Assembly (NCBI RefSeq): GCF_052425735.1
Contig: NC_135761.1
Span: forward strand, 44,516,001 to 44,580,000
Origin: Oculina patagonica
Taxonomy: Eukaryota
Direction of reading: 5' to 3'
DNA length: 64,000 nucleotides
Translations under genes and position numbers: made by a program
The notes under the pieces: generated by a model
Told to the model about the DNA's origin: nothing
Databases searched by the model: none
Seen by the model: the letters and a program-made list of their open reading frames with translations, nothing else
In this document: one piece after another, positions 59,294-64,000 of the stretch
Numbering within the stretch: position 1 is the first letter of the stretch
How the letters are laid out: each line of letters begins with the position of its first letter

Positions 59294-62200
59294 TTAAGGT
59301 AAATTTTCACATCTTAGTTTATAGTCAAGTTTTGTTTTAAACTCAGCCCAGTTAAGAATTCGCTCAATAATTTTCTGAAAATGGAGGTAGTAATTTGCAA
59401 ACAGGAGGCAGAAGTTAAATTTCCTTAGGGTGTTGTCCTTAGAGTGTGGTACGCCAAAGAGAAATTCGTAGCTTGTAGGAGAAATAGAGGTGTTATGCAT
59501 CCCATTGAACCACAGTAATACTTTGTTGTGAAAAGATATTGTTTCACTACATTCTTGAAATGTATGGAGAGCTGAATCAGGCTCACCACAATAAAAACAT
59601 CTGTTGTTATGCGTAATTCCATAGAGATTGAGCTCTTTCTTTGTCACCACAATTCGATGAATTAGCTTATAATAAAATTCTCTCAATCTATTTTCTTTAC
59701 AAATATGTTTTACTCTGGTGAAGATTTCACGCCAAGGCAAGGCTGCCGGAGCAAGGTCACGCTCCCATTTCAATGGACCGGTGGCTTGAGTCTTATTGTT
59801 ATGAAGAAAAAGCCAATAGAAATCTTTGGATTTGAGTTTTAATAGGTCTATAGTTAATTGGGGCGATAGCTGAAACGACGTAGTGCCGGTTAGAAAATCG
59901 ACATTTGGTCTGACCCGGCCCTTGGCTTTTTCAAATAGGGCTTTTGGTATTGCGGATATTACTTGGAAGTATTGAAGAAAGTTGCACTGTATTCCATATC
60001 GTTGTTTAAACTGTTTAAATGGCAAATATCTCCCGTTATTATCAATGACATCTTGCAAAGTAAGGGCACCCTTATCAACCCAGTCTTGATAGAAAAAAGT
60101 CTTACCGTCAATTTGGATCTCTTTGTTATTAAAGAGAATCATCTCCTGTTCCTCGCCCGTGCTGTAAATGTTTCTAAGTTCTAGAAAGAATTGCAAAATT
60201 TGTTTGTAGAAGAGCGGAGTATCTAGGTTCTTAAGGAATTTTGCGTCATAATTTGAGTCTAATAGAAAATTAAGACCCCCGTATCTTTTGAAATAATTAT
60301 TGGGGATTATTGCCCACGTGGGGGCTTCCACATCGTCACTTTTAAGCAAGCGCGGAATCCACGTCAGACGCAGGGACTTGAACATAGTTTAAACGTTCGT
60401 GTTACCCTTGGCACACCATTAGGGAAGTCGTGATATAGAACCTGTCTCTTGATTTTGTCTGGTTTGTGTTTCCACAAAAATTGAAAAATAAGCGACTGGA
60501 TTGCAGAGATGTATTTGCTGGGGATGTCCAACATGGACGCAGAATAAACAATCTGGGATAGTCCCAGCGTCTTTGCTATCAAGCTCCTTCCAAAAAGAGT
60601 GAGATGTCGCGAGCGCCAACCAGCTAGCTTCGTTTTTAGATTATCGATCTTCCTAGAGACATTTTTTTGCTCGTTTTTAAGACAATCATAGGAGATAAAA
60701 GTACCTAATACCTTAATCGGTTCATCGGTCCATGCGAGACCAAGAGGCTTACCACGGTAGGATCTCCAAGGCCCCAACCACATGGCTTTTGTTTTTGACT
60801 CATTTAAGTGTCGAAGTCCTGAGATGACTCCAAAATCATCCAGAATGGCCAGTGCATTCTCCACAGAAATAACGTTCTTACAGATGAGAGAAGTGTCATC
60901 AGCAAACTGGCTCAATTTAATTTCTTTATTGAATAGCTGAACCCCTTGAACAGTTTTATCGTGCCTTATTTTGGCAGCGAGGATCTCAGCTACCAAAATA
61001 TAAAGATATGCCGACAAGGGGCAACCTTGTCTAACACCTCTCGACAAGAATATTTGTTTCGTAGTATAGTAAATCCATTGTTAAGAACCGAACTTTCAAC
61101 GTTACAATAGAATGTCCTGACCCAGCGTTTGATACTTTCACCAAAATTAAATCTCGGCAAGGCTTGGTCTATAACAGGCCACTCAACTGTGTCAAACGCT
61201 TTCTTAAAGTCCAGCTGCAACAAGATGCCGGGAACATTTTGCTTTTCTGTTTGCTCAAGTACGTCATTTATTAATCTAATATTTTGGCCAATAAATCTAT
61301 CTTTCATAAAGCCGGACTGGTCCGAATGTATTAACTGAGGGAGTACATTTTTTATTCTTGACGCTATTGCTTTAGAAGCAATTTTATAATCCACGTTCAA
61401 TAAGGTAATTGGACGCCAGTTAGATAACTCAAGGAGGTCCGAGTCATCTTTTGGGATCAACGTGATTACTCCTCTTTTCTGGGATATAGACATTTCCCCC
61501 TGAAAGTAGGCGGCATTGAGGCTCTCAAGTAGATCTGGTGCAAGAAGATCGAAGAATTCATCGTAAAATTCGATAGTGAAACCGTCTTCCCCAGGTGACT
61601 TCCCATTACTGAAGGTATTTTAAACCCGACGGCATTCCTCGAGAGTCAACTCACCTTCTAGGGCATTCTTATCTTCTTAGGATAATTGCGGCAAATCGAT
61701 ATTTTCAGTGAAGTTGTCAAACAGCCCTTGCGAACCAGCATATTCCGAAGAGTACAAATTTTCGTAAAATTCCTCTATGCGCTTTAGTATTTCACTATCA
61801 TTGACAACAGTTTGGCTGTCAGATACTCTAAGTTCAACTATAGTTTTCTGCATGAAATTTCTGGCCTCCAGATTAAAAAAGTACTTGGTCGGCTTCTCGC
61901 CCTGTTCCACCCATCTTAATTTTGATCTAAATATTGCACCCTCACCTCGTTTGCCATAGAAATATTGCAATTCTTTTTTTAATCTGTCCTGCTCTAATTG
62001 ATTAGGTTCCAGCTCGCTTTGGGGGCCAGAATAATTAAGGATTTCTATGTCCAGTTCCGCTAGTTGCTTCTCTACATTCTCGATATATGCTCTCATGGTT
62101 CTCGCTTTATTTTTTGAAAATGCAATAGTGACACCCCGTAATTCCATCTTAATCAACTCCCACTTTAGCCGCATGTCTTCAATCTTCGCATATTTCGCCT

Positions 62201-63036
62201 TGATCACCGGGTAGTTATTTTGAATTTGCATTTTAAATTCTTGATCTTTCAAGAGAGAGTTGTTGAATTTCCAAAGGCCGGGGCCGCGTTTATTATTAGC
62301 CATTTTCACACCCAGTCTCACCGCTCTGTGATCTGGTGCGACTGAGATCTTGATATCAGCAACGAAGACTTTTGGACTCATCAACTTAGCAATGAGAAAG
62401 TAATCAATTCTAGACTTCATTTTTAGGGCTTTGGACTCATAGGTGTAGAATTTGCCACTGGGATTCTTAACTCTCAAAATGTCGACAAGATTGAACTCCC
62501 TAGACAGTGACAGCTCTTGTTCACGATAAGCGGTTGGTCTCCAAGGAATACCCCCAGTTTTGTCGATCGCTTCCAAAGCAACATTCCAATCACCCCCGAC
62601 AATTAGTTCACTGATATTTGCATTAGAAGACAGAAATTGGTTTAACGATGAAATAAAATTTAGTTGAGAGTCAAGGTTGTTTGAAGCATAAATATTACAC
62701 TGGGAAACCCTGACTGAATTAAAACTCAAGTTTGCCAAAACGATCCGACCTTCATCATTAGAAAACTGGGATTCAATCGAAACAATATTTGTCGACGGGT
62801 TCAAAAGGATGCAAACACCTTTTTTATGATTCGTACCATGAGAAAATAATATTTTCCCTCCCCATTCGTTTCTCCAAATCGTTTCGTCTTTAGGCTCGGA
62901 ATAAGTCTCTAGCTTGAAGAAAATAGCAATGACATTTTTGGTCCTTAAGATAAGAGAAAATAGATCTTCGCTTACGTTGATTTTTTAGGCCTCGTACATT
63001 TAAAGAGATAATTTTGCAACCAGTGGTGTCAAGCAT
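59294..63036 (-). pseudogene. LINE ORF2 with several frameshifts and stops
   Basis: MLDTTGCKIISLNVRGL at 63036, GGDWN, SRIDYF, PDH, NWRPITLLN, GVRQGCPLS, QFADD and CFYCGEPDSALHTFQEC, spread over at least 5 reading frames. Confidence 0.9.
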
Positions 63037-63199
63037 GTAAACAAAAAACGCAAGTGTTTACGAACTAGTTAATACAAGAAAAAAATAGAAAGGTATGGTG
63101 TACAACCAGAAAGTACAAAAACTTACAAAGATACACTAATAAATAAGATAAGCTTTCGAAACCGCGATTGTCATCCCAACTGCTAGCTATGTCAACTAC

Positions 63200-64000
63200 T
63201 TAAATATCGTCGAGGTCCTCCAAACAGAAAATTCTAATGGGATTACCATCAGGGGACGTTTTTACATAAATCTTACCGTCTAGTGTCCATAAATTATGAA
63301 GAGTTCCATTTCGTCTCCGTTTACTTGCCTCAGCCACAACGCTCTTCCTGTATGGGGTAAGATTTTCGTGGATGAAGATCCGGGCTTCAGGTGTGAGGGA
63401 GTAGCTTGGAAAAATATCTGATACCTTTACACGCTTGAGCTTGGTGCGCTCCCTGTACAGCTTAGATTTGGTTTTATGGCTTGTAAATTTCACTATTATT
63501 GGTGGTATACCCTTGTCCCGCTTTAACTTATGACAGATTTCAATGTCGCTCGGCTCAATGGAGACATTTATTGCTTCGGCGACTTTACGGACGGCTTCCT
63601 CCGCGTTTGAGTACAAATTGTCGGGAATTCCATGGATTTCAATCTAATTTTTTTTTTGCATGTGTATTGTTCGAGATTGTCTAGCGCGTCCTCCAGTCGG
63701 ACCGTTTCGTACTTTTGATCAATGAGCTTTTCAGCACTCTTTCTTATCTCATTGTGAGCTTTGTCAAGCTTCTTTTGAAGGGCTGTGTTGGCTGAAATGG
63801 CTTTGTCTAAGGAGTCTTTGACTTTCTTCATCTCCGTGTCACTGAACTCCAGCGATGCTTTTAAATCTGATACTTCTTTCCGCAGCGCTTGGTTTTCTTT
63901 AGCATTGTTAGTGATTGAAGTTTGAATGTTTATCAATAATGTTTTAATTTCCAGCAGAGAGGGTTCCTCATCATCTTGTTCGCTGTCGTCTTGTTCGTTT
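63200..64000 (-). pseudogene. LINE ORF1, frameshifted near the A run at 63649-63657; start is outside the window
   Basis: LEQYT, DIEICH, PIIVKF, IFIHENLT, LWTLDGKIYVKTSPDG; homologous to 33277-34164. Confidence 0.85.

Larger units (their letters stand above)
58945..64000 (-). mobile_element. Decayed Tx1/L1-clade LINE; its 5' end lies beyond the window
   Basis: ORF1 and ORF2 remnants; minus-strand AATAAA plus A-tail seen as T runs at ~58946-58966. Confidence 0.9.

Overview
Eukaryotic, AT-rich, intron-containing animal DNA, most likely from a stony coral or another anthozoan (inferred from gene structure and repeat types, not proven). There are three host genes. (1) An intact 9-exon SLC22-type organic cation/anion transporter (+, 5815-13800, 501 aa). 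(2) A small Ly6/uPAR three-finger gene (+, from 22882) with a 12-Cys domain. (3) A 7-exon ABCC4/MRP4-like gene (-, 49672-27144) that is pseudogenised: an in-frame stop, an H-loop His->Arg change, and a 13.3-kb insertion in exon 3. The insertion is nested three deep: a full-length Tx1/L1-clade LINE with a 272-bp target duplication contains a non-autonomous DNA transposon (8-bp TSD), which contains an intact BEL/Pao LTR retrotransposon (apparently identical 347-bp LTRs, no tRNA-type PBS). A second, decayed Tx1-like LINE fills the right end. The rest is MITEs, Helentron-like elements, a Penelope relic, SINE fragments and microsatellites. The most unusual structure is at 55314-58259: two related ~1.2-kb non-coding cassettes sit in tandem at the centre of a palindrome inside a third element. 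Each cassette opens with a ~140-nt covarying hairpin (GNA triloop, tandem GA mismatches) and is bounded by AAATA-N6-TTATTT sites. This resembles tyrosine-recombinase integration of folded ssDNA (Crypton-like, analogous to CTX-phage attP or integron attC). All alignments were done by eye.
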